The notes beneath the pieces are model-generated. The model was given only the letters and a program-made list of their open reading frames with translations, searched no databases and was not told the origin of the DNA. A program made the position numbers and the translations under genes. Shown piece by piece: positions 11,586 through 20,644 of a stretch of 36,212 bases of DNA. The first letter of the stretch is position 1, and each line of letters begins with the position of its first letter. This stretch comes from a bacterium. Its GTDB lineage: Bacteria > Desulfobacterota > GWC2-55-46. The stretch is from the NCBI GenBank assembly GCA_004298725.1, contig SCQA01000228.1, positions 1-36,212 on the forward strand, written 5' to 3'.

Positions 11586-11618
11586 CTTTTACATTAAGTT
11601 ATAAAGGAGCTTGTTTGA

Positions 11619-11906
11619 ATGGCTGAACTTGACAAGATAGGGCCTACCTGCCAGAGCTGTTCCATGCCGCTTGATGACAAGAAGGACTACGGCACGAATG
11701 CCGACGGTTCATTAAGCGCGAAGTATTGCCGCTATTGTTACGGCGGCGGCAAGTTTACGGAGCCGTCTTTGACCATGGAACAGATGATTGAAAAGGTCGT
11801 TGGAATTATGATGATACAGAAGGTCATGGAAGAGGTTCAGGTTAAGCATATAGCTGAAACCATAATTCCACAGCTTGAAAGATGGCGTAAGGCGCACAAG
11901 AAATAA
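11619..11906 (+). CDS. Zinc-ribbon domain protein (putative zinc ribbon family)
   Basis: 95 aa with CQSC...CRYC cysteine pairs followed by a short helical tail. SD AAGGAG lies 9 nt upstream. Confidence 0.6.
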   Translation: MAELDKIGPTCQSCSMPLDDKKDYGTNADGSLSAKYCRYCYGGGKFTEPSLTMEQMIEKVVGIMMIQKVMEEVQVKHIAETIIPQLERWRKAHKK

Positions 11907-11952
11907 AAGCCGGTTATCGAATTCAGCGTGGCAGATAAAATTTGTCGGCGCG

Positions 11953-11986
11953 TGTTGGGTTAACTTTGCGTAACCCAACATTTTTT
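11953..11986 (+). terminator. Intrinsic terminator-like hairpin between the zinc-ribbon gene and leuC
   Basis: A perfect 10-bp stem TGTTGGGTTA / TAACCCAACA with an 8-nt loop, followed by TTTTTT. Confidence 0.6.
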
Positions 11987-12017
11987 GGCAAAAAACATTG
12001 ATGAGGAAAGTTAATTT

Positions 12018-13280
12018 ATGAGACCGATGACTATCACCGAGAAGATACTCGCGAAGCATGCCAATAAAAAAGAGGTTATTCCCGGCGAGCTTATAAACGC
12101 CAAGGTTGACATAGCTCTTGGCAACGACATTACCGCGCCCATAGCCATAAGAGAATTCAAGCGCATCGGCGCCAAGAAGGTATTCAATAGAAATAAAGTG
12201 GTGCTTGTGCCCGACCACTTCACGCCGAATAAAGACATCAAAAGCGCCGAGCAGTGCAAGGTGCTTAAGGAATTCGCCATTGAGCAAAAACTTACTCATT
12301 ATTACGAAGGCGGCGAAGTTGGCGTTGAGCACGCGCTTTTGCCGGAAAAGGGCGTTGTAGGCCCCGGAGACGTCGTCATAGGGGCGGACTCGCACACGTG
12401 CACTTACGGAGCGCTCGGCGCCTTTTCAACTGGAGTAGGCTCCACAGACCTTGCCGCGGTCATGATAACCGGCGAGCTGTGGTTCAAGGTGCCCGAGTCA
12501 ATGAAGTTCGTGTTTAAAGGCAGGCTTAACAAGTGGGTAAGCGGCAAGGACTTGATACTTAGAATTATCGGCGACATCGGCGTTGACGGCGCGTTGTACC
12601 GCGCCATGGAGTTTACCGGAAGCGCAATTGACAAGCTTTCAATGGACAGCAGGCTTTCCATGTGCAACATGGCCATAGAGGCTGGGGCAAAGAGCGGCAT
12701 AATAGCCCCTGACGCCGTTACAAAGGCATATGTTGAAAGGCGCACAGAGAGGCCGTACAAGTTTTACGCAAGCGACTCAAGCGCCGCGTATTGCTCGCTG
12801 AAAGAGTATGACTGCTCGAAGTTGGAGCCGCAGGTTGCCTTTCCGCATTTGCCTGAAAACACCAAGAACGTTTCCGACGCGGGCAACGTAAAGCTTGATC
12901 AGGTTGTAATAGGCTCTTGCACGAACGGCAGGATTGAGGACCTTAAAGTCGCGGCAGGCATACTCAGGGGCAAGAAGGTTCATAAGTACGTGCGGCTTAT
13001 AATCATACCGGCGACTCCGCTTATTTACGCCGAGGCCATGAAAAAGGGCTGGTTTGAAATATTCCTGAAGGCGGGCGCGGTTATAAGCCCGCCGACTTGC
13101 GGGCCGTGCCTTGGAGGGCATATGGGCATACTCGCGGCAGGTGAAAAGGCGCTTGCTACAACTAACAGAAACTTTATAGGCAGAATGGGCGACCCAAAGA
13201 GCGAAGTTTACCTCTCAAACCCGGCCGTTGCCGCGGCTTCGGCCATAAAAGGCCGCATAGCGCATCCTGATGAAGTATAG
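12018..13280 (+). CDS. leuC: 3-isopropylmalate dehydratase large subunit (short, archaeal-type)
   Basis: 420-aa aconitase-family protein with [22 protein letters not shown] and CGPCLG Fe-S ligand motifs. Confidence 0.9.
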   Translation: MRPMTITEKILAKHANKKEVIPGELINAKVDIALGNDITAPIAIREFKRIGAKKVFNRNKVVLVPDHFTPNKDIKSAEQCKVLKEFAIEQKLTHYYEGGEVGVEHALLPEKGVVGPGDVVIGADSHTCTYGALGAFSTGVGSTDLAAVMITGELWFKVPESMKFVFKGRLNKWVSGKDLILRIIGDIGVDGALYRAMEFTGSAIDKLSMDSRLSMCNMAIEAGAKSGIIAPDAVTKAYVERRTERPYKFYASDSSAAYCSLKEYDCSKLEPQVAFPHLPENTKNVSDAGNVKLDQVVIGSCTNGRIEDLKVAAGILRGKKVHKYVRLIIIPATPLIYAEAMKKGWFEIFLKAGAVISPPTCGPCLGGHMGILAAGEKALATTNRNFIGRMGDPKSEVYLSNPAVAAASAIKGRIAHPDEV

Positions 13281-13424
13281 TTTTTTACTTGTCGCGGTTA
13301 TGAAAAAAGCAGAGGTAAGTTTACGGTTCGGTTGTAAAAACAGTTTTCAGCGTCAGATCGCAGGTTAATTCTTAGCTGATGACCGTTAACCGGCAACTGA
13401 TATCTTAATGAATGAAGGTGTCAT

Positions 13425-13781
13425 GTGATTTACGCGGGGCTTTTGGTTCTTGGTTTTTTCGGCGGCACTATAAGCGGGCTTCTCGGCATAGGCGGCGCTC
13501 TTTTAATGATTCCCGCGCTCATCTATTTTTTCAAGATGACTCAGATTCAGGCGCAAGGGACTTCGCTTGCCGTGCTTTTGCCGCCCATCGGCCTTCTTGC
13601 GTTTTTCGAGTATTACAGAAGGGGTAACGTTGATTTGAAGAGCGCGGCTTTTATTGCCGTCGGCTTTTTCATAGGCGGGTTCATCGGCGCGTACGGCGCG
13701 CAGTATTTGCCGGCGGTTGTGCTCAGGAAGGCCTTTGGCGCGTTATTGCTTGTGGCGGCTTTTGACATGATATTCAGGTAA
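13425..13781 (+). CDS. Half-size TSUP (TauE/SafE-like) membrane protein
   Basis: 118 aa with about four hydrophobic segments. [20 protein letters not shown] and the Gly-rich helices are typical of TSUP repeats, at about half the usual length. GTG start 4 nt after AAGGTG. Confidence 0.7.
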   Translation: MIYAGLLVLGFFGGTISGLLGIGGALLMIPALIYFFKMTQIQAQGTSLAVLLPPIGLLAFFEYYRRGNVDLKSAAFIAVGFFIGGFIGAYGAQYLPAVVLRKAFGALLLVAAFDMIFR

Positions 13782-13810
13782 ACAAGATATTTTTGGAAAG
13801 GAGAAGTACC

Positions 13811-14308
13811 ATGAAGTTCAAAGGCAACGTATGGAAGTACGGCGCGGATATTGACACGGACAGGATAATACCGGCAAGATACCTTAATACCTCGGACCCG
13901 GCGGAGCTTGCCAAGCACTGCATGGAGGACGCCGACAAGACCTTCGCCGAGAAGGTCAGACTTGGCGATATTATACTCGCGGACAAGAACTTCGGTTGCG
14001 GCTCGTCAAGAGAGCACGCGCCCATCGCCATCAAAGCAAGTGGCATTTCCTGCGTTATAGCAAAATCGTTCGCGAGGATATTTTATAGAAACGCCTTTAA
14101 CATGGGTTTGCCTATTCTTGAATCGTCTGAAGCGGTTGACGCTTCGGAACAAGGCGACGCTCTTGAAGTTGACATGGACAGCGGAGAAATAATCAACGTA
14201 ACGCGAAATGTGAAGTTTACGGCAAGGCCCGTTCCTCTTTTCATGCAGGAGCTTGTGAACGCCGGCGGCTTGCTTGAATCAATAAAAAAGAAGGGCGCGC
14301 TCAGGTAA
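13811..14308 (+). CDS. leuD: 3-isopropylmalate dehydratase small subunit
   Basis: Contains the [10 protein letters not shown] motif. I prefer the ATG at 13811 ([11 protein letters not shown]), preceded by GGAAAGGAG, over the ORF-track start at 13793. Confidence 0.9.
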   Translation: MKFKGNVWKYGADIDTDRIIPARYLNTSDPAELAKHCMEDADKTFAEKVRLGDIILADKNFGCGSSREHAPIAIKASGISCVIAKSFARIFYRNAFNMGLPILESSEAVDASEQGDALEVDMDSGEIINVTRNVKFTARPVPLFMQELVNAGGLLESIKKKGALR

Positions 14309-14383
14309 CAGTTTGATGTGCACTTATGCTTTCAGGCCGGCGAGTCCGGTTATCTATTTAAATTAGCGAGGGAGACGCAAAAA

Positions 14384-15478
14384 GTGAAGAAATACAGCGT
14401 AACTGTTTTAGCCGGAGATGGCATAGGCCCGGAGATAGTTTCCGAGGCAGTTAATATTTTACAGCTTGTGCAACAGATGTACGGCATGCAGATTTATTTT
14501 ATTGAAGAGCTTGCCGGCGGCGCTTCGATTGACGAATACGGCGAGCCGTTAAAAGACAGGGCGCTGGACTTCGCAAAACAGAGCGACGCTGTGCTTCTTG
14601 GAGCTGTGGGCGGTCCGAAGTGGGAGGGGCTTGATTATTCAATACGTCCTGAAAGGGCGCTTTTGAAGCTGAGAAAAGAGCTTGAGCTTTTTGCGAATTT
14701 AAGGCCCGCGAAAATTTATAACGCGCTTAAAGGCGCTTCAACCTTAAAGCCGGAAGTTATAGACGGCGTTGATATGATGGTGGTGCGCGAGCTTACCGGA
14801 GGGCTTTACTTTGGCACGCCCAAAGGCGTTGAAAAATTACCGGACGGAACCGAGCGCGGCGTTAACACCATGGTTTACACCACTGCGGAAATAGACCGCA
14901 TAGCGCGAGTAGCCTTTGAGGTAGCCATGATGCGCGGTAAAAAGCTTGTGAGCGTTGACAAGGCCAACGTGCTTGAAACAACCGAACTGTGGAGAAGGGT
15001 GGTAATAAAAGCAGGAGAGGATTACCCGGAAGTTCAGTTAAGCCATATGTACGTTGATAACTGCGCCATGCAACTTATTAGAAACCCGAAGCAGTTTGAC
15101 GTGATTGTAACTGAAAATACATTTGGCGACATACTTTCAGACGAAGCCGCAATGCTTACCGGCTCTATAGGCATGTTGCCGTCCGCAAGTCTCGGTTATG
15201 ATAAAAGGCGCGCCATGTATGAGCCTATACACGGCAGTGCGCCGGACATAGCCGGAAAGAACATAGCAAACCCGATAGCTACCATCCTTTCCGTGGCAAT
15301 GATGCTTAAATACTCGCTTGATATGCCTGAAGCCGCCATAGCCATTGAAAACGCGGTTGAGGCTGTGCTGAATAAGGGGCTTCGCACTGCGGACATCTAT
15401 CAAGACGGTGCAAAGAAGGTAGGTTGCACTGAAATGGGCTTGGCTATAGCTGATGAGCTGAAGAAAACGAAGGTGTAG
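14384..15478 (+). CDS. leuB: 3-isopropylmalate dehydrogenase
   Basis: Contains [21 protein letters not shown] and [20 protein letters not shown] prefer the GTG at 14384 ([13 protein letters not shown]) over the longer ORF-track start at 14318. Confidence 0.92.
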   Translation: MKKYSVTVLAGDGIGPEIVSEAVNILQLVQQMYGMQIYFIEELAGGASIDEYGEPLKDRALDFAKQSDAVLLGAVGGPKWEGLDYSIRPERALLKLRKELELFANLRPAKIYNALKGASTLKPEVIDGVDMMVVRELTGGLYFGTPKGVEKLPDGTERGVNTMVYTTAEIDRIARVAFEVAMMRGKKLVSVDKANVLETTELWRRVVIKAGEDYPEVQLSHMYVDNCAMQLIRNPKQFDVIVTENTFGDILSDEAAMLTGSIGMLPSASLGYDKRRAMYEPIHGSAPDIAGKNIANPIATILSVAMMLKYSLDMPEAAIAIENAVEAVLNKGLRTADIYQDGAKKVGCTEMGLAIADELKKTKV

Positions 15479-15692
15479 TTTTTTATGCGTGCAATCAGAC
15501 GTTGCCTCTTTACCGGTTTGTCTTTCCGGTTGACAGGTTTTTTTAGCGGGCAGTGCCTGCCCGGCAAGGCTGTAATGCAATGTGTGTACGCTAAAATTGA
15601 AGGCTGTTTTTCGTAAGAACAAGTCTTCATATCTCTAAAAGATATGACCAAGCATAATGGGCAACCATTGAAAAATACAGAGAGGAAAAGAT

Positions 15693-16667
15693 ATGAGCAA
15701 AGGACCAATATCGAAATTTATTGAAGCCAATTATCTCCATTTTAACGCGGCGGCGCTGATTGACGCCGCTAAAGGCTATGAGGCGCACATTACTAAAGGC
15801 GGCAAGATGATGATAACGCTTGCCGGAGCCATGAGCACGGCTGAGCTTGGCAAGACGCTTGCTGAAATGATACGTAAAGGCAAAGTGGATATTATATCCT
15901 GCACAGGCGCTAACCTTGAGGAAGACGTATTCAACCTTGTTGCCCACAACCACTACAAGCGCATTCCGGGTTACAGGGACTTGTCTCCCAAGGATGAATT
16001 TGAACTCCTGCAAAACGGCTTTAACAGGGTTACGGACACGTGCATACCTGAAGACGAAGCGATACGCAGGATTGAAGGGCATATTTTCAAGCTGTGGAAG
16101 GCGGCGTGCGACAAGAATGAAACATGCCTGCCGCACGAGTTTTTCTACCGTCTTATAAGAAGCGGCGTGTTAAAGCAATATTATCAGATTGAAGAAAAAG
16201 ACAGCTGGCTCGTTGCCGCTTGCGAAAGGAACTTGCCGATCATCGTTCCCGGTTGGGAAGATTCAACGCTTGGCAATATTTTTTCGTCTTATTGCGTTAC
16301 CGGCGAGTTGAAGCCGGCAACTGTAAAGTCAGGTATTGAATACATGATGTTTCTTGGAAAATGGTACACTGAAAATTGCTTGGGGCAGGGTATAGGTTTT
16401 TTTCAGATAGGCGGCGGCATTGCGGGTGATTTTCCAATTTGTGTCGTGCCGATGCTCAAGCAGGATTTGAAAAAAGACGATATTCCTTTCTGGGCGTATT
16501 TCTGCCAGATTTCAGATTCTACTACAAGTTACGGTTCGTATTCCGGCGCTGTGCCGAATGAAAAGATCTCATGGGGTAAGTTGAACGACACTACTCCAAA
16601 GTTCATAATCGAGTCAGACGCGACTATCGTAGCGCCGCTTGTCTTTGCGTGGGTGCTCGGTTTGTGA
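15693..16667 (+). CDS. Deoxyhypusine synthase family protein (bacterial DHS-like / homospermidine-synthase-like)
   Basis: 324 aa. ITLAGAMSTAELG, ISCTGANLEEDVF and QIGGGIAGDF resemble DHS-family NAD/spermidine-site motifs. Good SD (GAGAGGAAAAG). Confidence 0.75.
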   Translation: MSKGPISKFIEANYLHFNAAALIDAAKGYEAHITKGGKMMITLAGAMSTAELGKTLAEMIRKGKVDIISCTGANLEEDVFNLVAHNHYKRIPGYRDLSPKDEFELLQNGFNRVTDTCIPEDEAIRRIEGHIFKLWKAACDKNETCLPHEFFYRLIRSGVLKQYYQIEEKDSWLVAACERNLPIIVPGWEDSTLGNIFSSYCVTGELKPATVKSGIEYMMFLGKWYTENCLGQGIGFFQIGGGIAGDFPICVVPMLKQDLKKDDIPFWAYFCQISDSTTSYGSYSGAVPNEKISWGKLNDTTPKFIIESDATIVAPLVFAWVLGL

Positions 16668-16827
16668 GTCGAGGTATTGAATAGTTTAAGATTGTAAGTC
16701 TTGAAGCATTGTTTCTTAATAGAAACTCCTCCGCATAAAATATGCGAAGGCAAGCTGGAATGACACGCGGATAGTTTTTCATCAGACTGCTAATATACAT
16801 GGAACGCTAAATAACAAAAATGGTTAA

Positions 16828-16864
16828 GGGGTTATGCGCTGATCGCATAACCCCATTTTGTTTC
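16828..16864. terminator. Bidirectional intrinsic terminator between convergent genes
   Basis: A perfect 11-bp stem GGGGTTATGCG / CGCATAACCCC with a 5-nt loop. ATTTTGTTT follows on the plus strand, and the A-run before the stem (AACAAAAATGG) gives a matching T-run on the minus strand. Confidence 0.75.
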
Positions 16865-16922
16865 GACTCAGAGAGAAGTTTATCGTTCGGGAAAATATTT
16901 ACCAGTATAACGGTAGAAAACG

Positions 16923-18884
16923 CTATTTAAGCCAGTCGAGTATCCAGTCTTTAATGTGTTTTTTCTCGCCTTTCCACAGGCCGCGTTTTTTCGTTTTTCT
17001 TCGAGCGTCTTTTATTTCCTTAGCTGATGCATCTCTTCTTATGAGTATAGTTGCGTCGGGTTCAATGTGGTCCGGGCTTCCGATATAGAGGAAGTTGTAC
17101 TTATACAGCAGAGGCCACATGGATGCTTTGCCGTAAATCTCTTTTTTAGCGGCTATGCCCGAAAGGGTATCGCCTTTTTTTACTATATAAATTCCAAACG
17201 GCGTCTTTGAAAGCGCGTCGCTTACTTTTTCGGTTGTTTCGTGCGACACGCCGCTTTCTTTCAGCGCGGTTTTAGCGAGCAAATTTAGCTCGGCTATTTT
17301 TCTGTTAAGCGCATTGATGTTTTCCTCTTTTAATTCTTCAGAGTTCATCATGGATTTGTCTTTTGTGGTTTTGCTTAAAGCCAAAGCCTGCGCCCTTAAT
17401 TGCGGGTCAGAGAACATCTTGCCCATGACGTCGGTTGTTTGCGAAGCTTCAGCAAGGACCATCTTTGTTTCGGCTTCCATGGAGCTTTGAATGGCGCTTT
17501 TCACCTTTTCCATGGCTGACTTCATGTCTTCGCGGGCCAGCCGGAGCGCCTCAAGGTCAGCGGCGGCATCCGCGTTTTTGTCAGGGGCGGTTTTTAGAGC
17601 CGATTCAATCTTTTGAGACGACTCTTCCATCTTCGCGACCGCGGTCATTGCCTCGTTCAAGCGCTCGTCAATGACTTTTCTGTCGACTTTCAGAGTTGTA
17701 AGACGGTTTTCAAGGCTGGTTAGGCGTTGTTTGATCTCCTCGGCGTGTTCGTCAGCCGGCGCCTCCTTAATTTGCACGGCAGATTCTTTGCCGCTTTTTG
17801 CCGCCACTTCCGTGGCCGCAACTTTGTGCAAGCGCGCTTGGTCGAGAATATCTTCAGCGGCCTTTATGCTTGCAAGAAGCTCTTTTGAAATGTCCTGATT
17901 TATAAGACCGGATGACTGCGACGCAGTAACGGTTGTCTTGGCATCGGTCAGTTTTGCTTGCAAAGCGTCAGCATCAAACTGAATGCCGCCGGAGCGGATT
18001 TTTTCATTCAGTCCGGAGAGTTCCGTTATGTACTTTTTAACGGACTCTTCAGCGGCTTGCCTTGCCGCGATTTCTTTCATCAGTTGTTCTTCAAGCTCTT
18101 TTGCTCTTCCCGCCTTTAATTCGGACTGCGCCCATGCCTCTTCAGCTTTTTTGCGCGAGGATTCAGAGGTGTTGAGTTTTGCTTCAAGTTTTTCAATATC
18201 TTCTTTTGACTTGGCTTCGATCTCGTCTTTCAATCTTTGGCGCATCTTTTCGATATCAGGTGAGATGTTTTGTTCTACGGCACTCTTCTTTTGTATTTGC
18301 TCAAACTCTGCTTCTTTTGCGCGCGCTTTTTCGCTTAGCTCGGCAATCTCAGCCATGTACTTTTTAACTGACTCTTCAGCGGTTTGCCTTGCCGCGGTTT
18401 CTTTCCTCAGTTGTTCTTCAAGTTCTCTGGCTTTTCCAGCCTTTAGTTCGGACTGCGCCCAAGCCTCTTCGGCTTTTTTGCGCGCTGATTCAGAAGCGTT
18501 GAGCTTTGCTTCAAGTTTTTCAATATCTTCTTTTGATTTAGTTTCGATCTCGTCTTTTATTCTCTGGCGTATTTTTTCAATGTCAGGTGAAATGTTTTGT
18601 TCTTCGGCGATTCTTTTTTGCCTTTGTTCGAACTCAATCTCACGTTCAAGGCGCTGTCTCTCGGAGGTTTCAGTCTGCAATTTTTCGGTAAGCTCGCTTA
18701 TGCGTTCGGCGTCAGCCGCGGACTTCCTTCTTACGCCGGCAAGATCGCGGTCTAGAGAAGTTTGAACGCTCTTTTCAGAGACTATCTGTTTTTCAAGTTT
18801 GGCTTTTTCCTTATCGCCGGCTATCCATGAAATGGATATCGACAAGGCTAAAAATACGCCGACTATGATGCCTGCAATGCCCAT
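16923..18884 (-). CDS. Membrane-anchored coiled-coil protein with C-terminal LysM domain
   Basis: 653 aa with an N-terminal TM helix (GIAGIIVGVFLALSISISWIAG) and about 500 aa of Glu/Lys/Ala-rich heptad-like sequence. A LysM-like segment lies near the C-terminus (YIVKKGDTLSGIAAKKEIYGKASMWPLLYKYN). Confidence 0.8.
   Translation of the reverse strand: MGIAGIIVGVFLALSISISWIAGDKEKAKLEKQIVSEKSVQTSLDRDLAGVRRKSAADAERISELTEKLQTETSERQRLEREIEFEQRQKRIAEEQNISPDIEKIRQRIKDEIETKSKEDIEKLEAKLNASESARKKAEEAWAQSELKAGKARELEEQLRKETAARQTAEESVKKYMAEIAELSEKARAKEAEFEQIQKKSAVEQNISPDIEKMRQRLKDEIEAKSKEDIEKLEAKLNTSESSRKKAEEAWAQSELKAGRAKELEEQLMKEIAARQAAEESVKKYITELSGLNEKIRSGGIQFDADALQAKLTDAKTTVTASQSSGLINQDISKELLASIKAAEDILDQARLHKVAATEVAAKSGKESAVQIKEAPADEHAEEIKQRLTSLENRLTTLKVDRKVIDERLNEAMTAVAKMEESSQKIESALKTAPDKNADAAADLEALRLAREDMKSAMEKVKSAIQSSMEAETKMVLAEASQTTDVMGKMFSDPQLRAQALALSKTTKDKSMMNSEELKEENINALNRKIAELNLLAKTALKESGVSHETTEKVSDALSKTPFGIYIVKKGDTLSGIAAKKEIYGKASMWPLLYKYNFLYIGSPDHIEPDATILIRRDASAKEIKDARRKTKKRGLWKGEKKHIKDWILDWLK
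17990..18635. repeat. 327-bp (109-codon) tandem duplication inside the LysM coiled-coil gene
   Basis: Protein residues ~84-192 and ~193-298 align almost residue for residue (EFEQ.QK...EQNISPDIEK.RQR.KDEIE.KSKEDIEKLEAKLN.SES.RKKAEEAWAQSELKAG...). The DNA copies are clearly similar but diverged. Confidence 0.85.
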
Positions 18885-18912
18885 TTAACCCCTGAAAATA
18901 TTAAAGACTAAC

Positions 18913-19042
18913 TTAAAGTTGCTATTTTTCCTGATCTCTTTGTTAGGCAAAAATAAAAATGCTAACATATCCACATATATGCTCTGTTTTTTATTTTCGC
19001 CATGCCTCGAGCACAAAAAAATTTCTAATTTTTAGAGGCACT
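18913..19042 (+). mobile_element. Family-1 palindromic MITE-like repeat, copy 2 (left terminus missing)
   Basis: Aligns with copies 1, 3 and 4 from TAAAGTTGCTATTTTTCC to TTTAGAGGCACT, with CTAA directly after the right end. It lies between the cyclase stop (19190) and the LysM gene start (18884). Confidence 0.7.
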
Positions 19043-19189
19043 CTAAAGTCAGTTAAGCTTTTGCTATAATTGTGGCTAATAAAGTGTAACAGCCATAACT
19101 TTTACCTTATTGGCAGAGATAATTCAAGCAATTATTTGTTGCGCCGCACTTTTTTGAAACTACGGCAAGGCTGTCGGCTGAATTGCGAA

Positions 19190-20644
19190 TTAAGCGTTTA
19201 ATTGCCCGCGTAGCGACGCCGCATGTTCGGCGTCAGTTTTTCTTTGCGGCCCTCTGTGGGCCACAAGGCTGTATATCTCGATAGGTTCCGATCTTCCCTT
19301 GACTGTTACCGGTTCCATCAGGTGAGTTTCAAAGTTAAACGCGCTTATGCCGTCGAAGGTTTTTCTGGATATTATAATTTCGTCCTTTTTTGCCGCGTTG
19401 CAGAGTCGCGAAGCCGTGTTGACGTTGTCTCCGATGACTGCGTATTCCATTTTGTGTATTGAGCCGAGGTTGCCGGCTACAACCTCTCCGGTGTTAAGGC
19501 CTATGCCTATTTGTATCTGGTCGGCTTCCTGCCTGTCGATGTTGAAGGAGCGTAGTTTTTCCAGCATTTCGCAGGCGGCGCGCGAAGCGAGAAATGCGTG
19601 GTTTTCATACTCCACCGGAGAGCCGAATACGGCCATTATTTCATCGCCGATGAACTTGTCAACGTAGCCGCGGTTTTTGTGTATGATGTCCGTCATAATG
19701 GTGAAATACTCGTTTAAGTGGTTGATGATGCTTTCCGGGTCGCGTTTTTCCGAGTAGGCTGTGAAGTCTCTGATGTCGGCGAATAGTATTGTTACGTCGG
19801 TCTTTTTGCCCTTGAACCATGTTTCTTTGTTTTTGACTATCATTTCAACAAGGTCGGAGGAGACGTAACGGCCAAATGACTCTTGTATGTGTTGTTTTTG
19901 TTTTAGTCCGTCGGCCATTTCATTGAATGCTTTCATGAGCGTGCCGAGTTCGTCTTTTCTGGTTACGTTAATTCGGTAGTCAAGGTTGCCGTTGCCGAGT
20001 TCATGAGCGCTTTTTACAAGTTCATGCACGGGTTTGACTATAACGCCCGTAATAAGTATCGCGCCCACGCTTCCGACAAGCAGGCCGGATATGAGCAGGT
20101 ATTTGATGAAAAGGTTTACTCTGTTTACAGCCTCGTCAACGACCTTTCTTGTGATGCCGATGTGCACCGAGCCGATGCTTTCACGAAGACGGAGTGAGGT
20201 TATCGGCACGGCGATTTCGTAAACGAAGCCGAGGTTCGGGTCGTTGAAGTGTATGATGGTGTAGTTGTTGCCGTGACGGAGCGTTTTGCTTTCCGGTTTT
20301 GTTTTGTAGTCTCCGCCGCTTTCCGTGACGTTTGAGTGCGCCTTTATCTTATTGTCGCGGCCCACTATGAAGCCGTATATGATGCCTTTATTTTCCGTAA
20401 TGCCTTTAATGACTGTAAAAAGCGTGAGGTCGTCGTTGGTAAGAAGAGGGTCATCGCTTGACGTGGCCACGCCGCGCGCCACGGCAAGGCCCTTTTCAAG
20501 CCCCTGTTCAAGAACGATATCGCCTACCGTATTGTTTATGAACCCGATGACGGTCAGCATAAGCGCCGCGACGAATATGACTATAATGGCGAGAAATTTT
20601 ATTCTTATGCTGTTAAAGACGGAGCCAAGAACGCTATTTGACAT
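19190..20644 (-). CDS. Membrane sensor class III adenylate/guanylate cyclase (periplasmic Cache-like domain, HAMP, CYC domain)
   Basis: 484 aa with two TM segments bracketing a ~140-aa extracytoplasmic domain (GIIYGFIVGRDNKIKAHSN is Cache/PDC-like). The HAMP segment is ELGTLMKAFNEMADGL. Cyclase motifs are VTILFADIRDFT and KFIGDEIMAVFGSP. Confidence 0.88.
   Translation of the reverse strand: MSNSVLGSVFNSIRIKFLAIIVIFVAALMLTVIGFINNTVGDIVLEQGLEKGLAVARGVATSSDDPLLTNDDLTLFTVIKGITENKGIIYGFIVGRDNKIKAHSNVTESGGDYKTKPESKTLRHGNNYTIIHFNDPNLGFVYEIAVPITSLRLRESIGSVHIGITRKVVDEAVNRVNLFIKYLLISGLLVGSVGAILITGVIVKPVHELVKSAHELGNGNLDYRINVTRKDELGTLMKAFNEMADGLKQKQHIQESFGRYVSSDLVEMIVKNKETWFKGKKTDVTILFADIRDFTAYSEKRDPESIINHLNEYFTIMTDIIHKNRGYVDKFIGDEIMAVFGSPVEYENHAFLASRAACEMLEKLRSFNIDRQEADQIQIGIGLNTGEVVAGNLGSIHKMEYAVIGDNVNTASRLCNAAKKDEIIISRKTFDGISAFNFETHLMEPVTVKGRSEPIEIYSLVAHRGPQRKTDAEHAASLRGQLNA

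Noticed and set aside
11712-12395. A 227-aa minus-strand ORF overlapping the zinc-ribbon gene, the terminator and the leuC start. Similar long antisense ORFs occur at 3942-4472, 5835-6332, 7492-8004 and 15627-16136.
   Set aside because: All lie opposite strongly motif-supported enzymes. Their translations have no recognisable motifs and odd composition. They are typical shadow ORFs.
13412-13627. A 71-aa ORF overlapping the TSUP gene in another frame.
   Set aside because: Its Arg/Ser-rich sequence has no hydrophobic pattern. The overlapping frame (13425-13781) gives a coherent four-helix TSUP-like membrane protein with an SD.
17983-18765. A 260-aa plus-strand ORF antisense to the LysM coiled-coil gene.
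   Set aside because: Its Ser/Phe/Cys-rich low-complexity sequence is the mirror image of the Glu/Lys/Ala-rich coiled-coil codons and of the tandem duplication. It has no SD, and the sense gene has a clear TM-coiled coil-LysM architecture.
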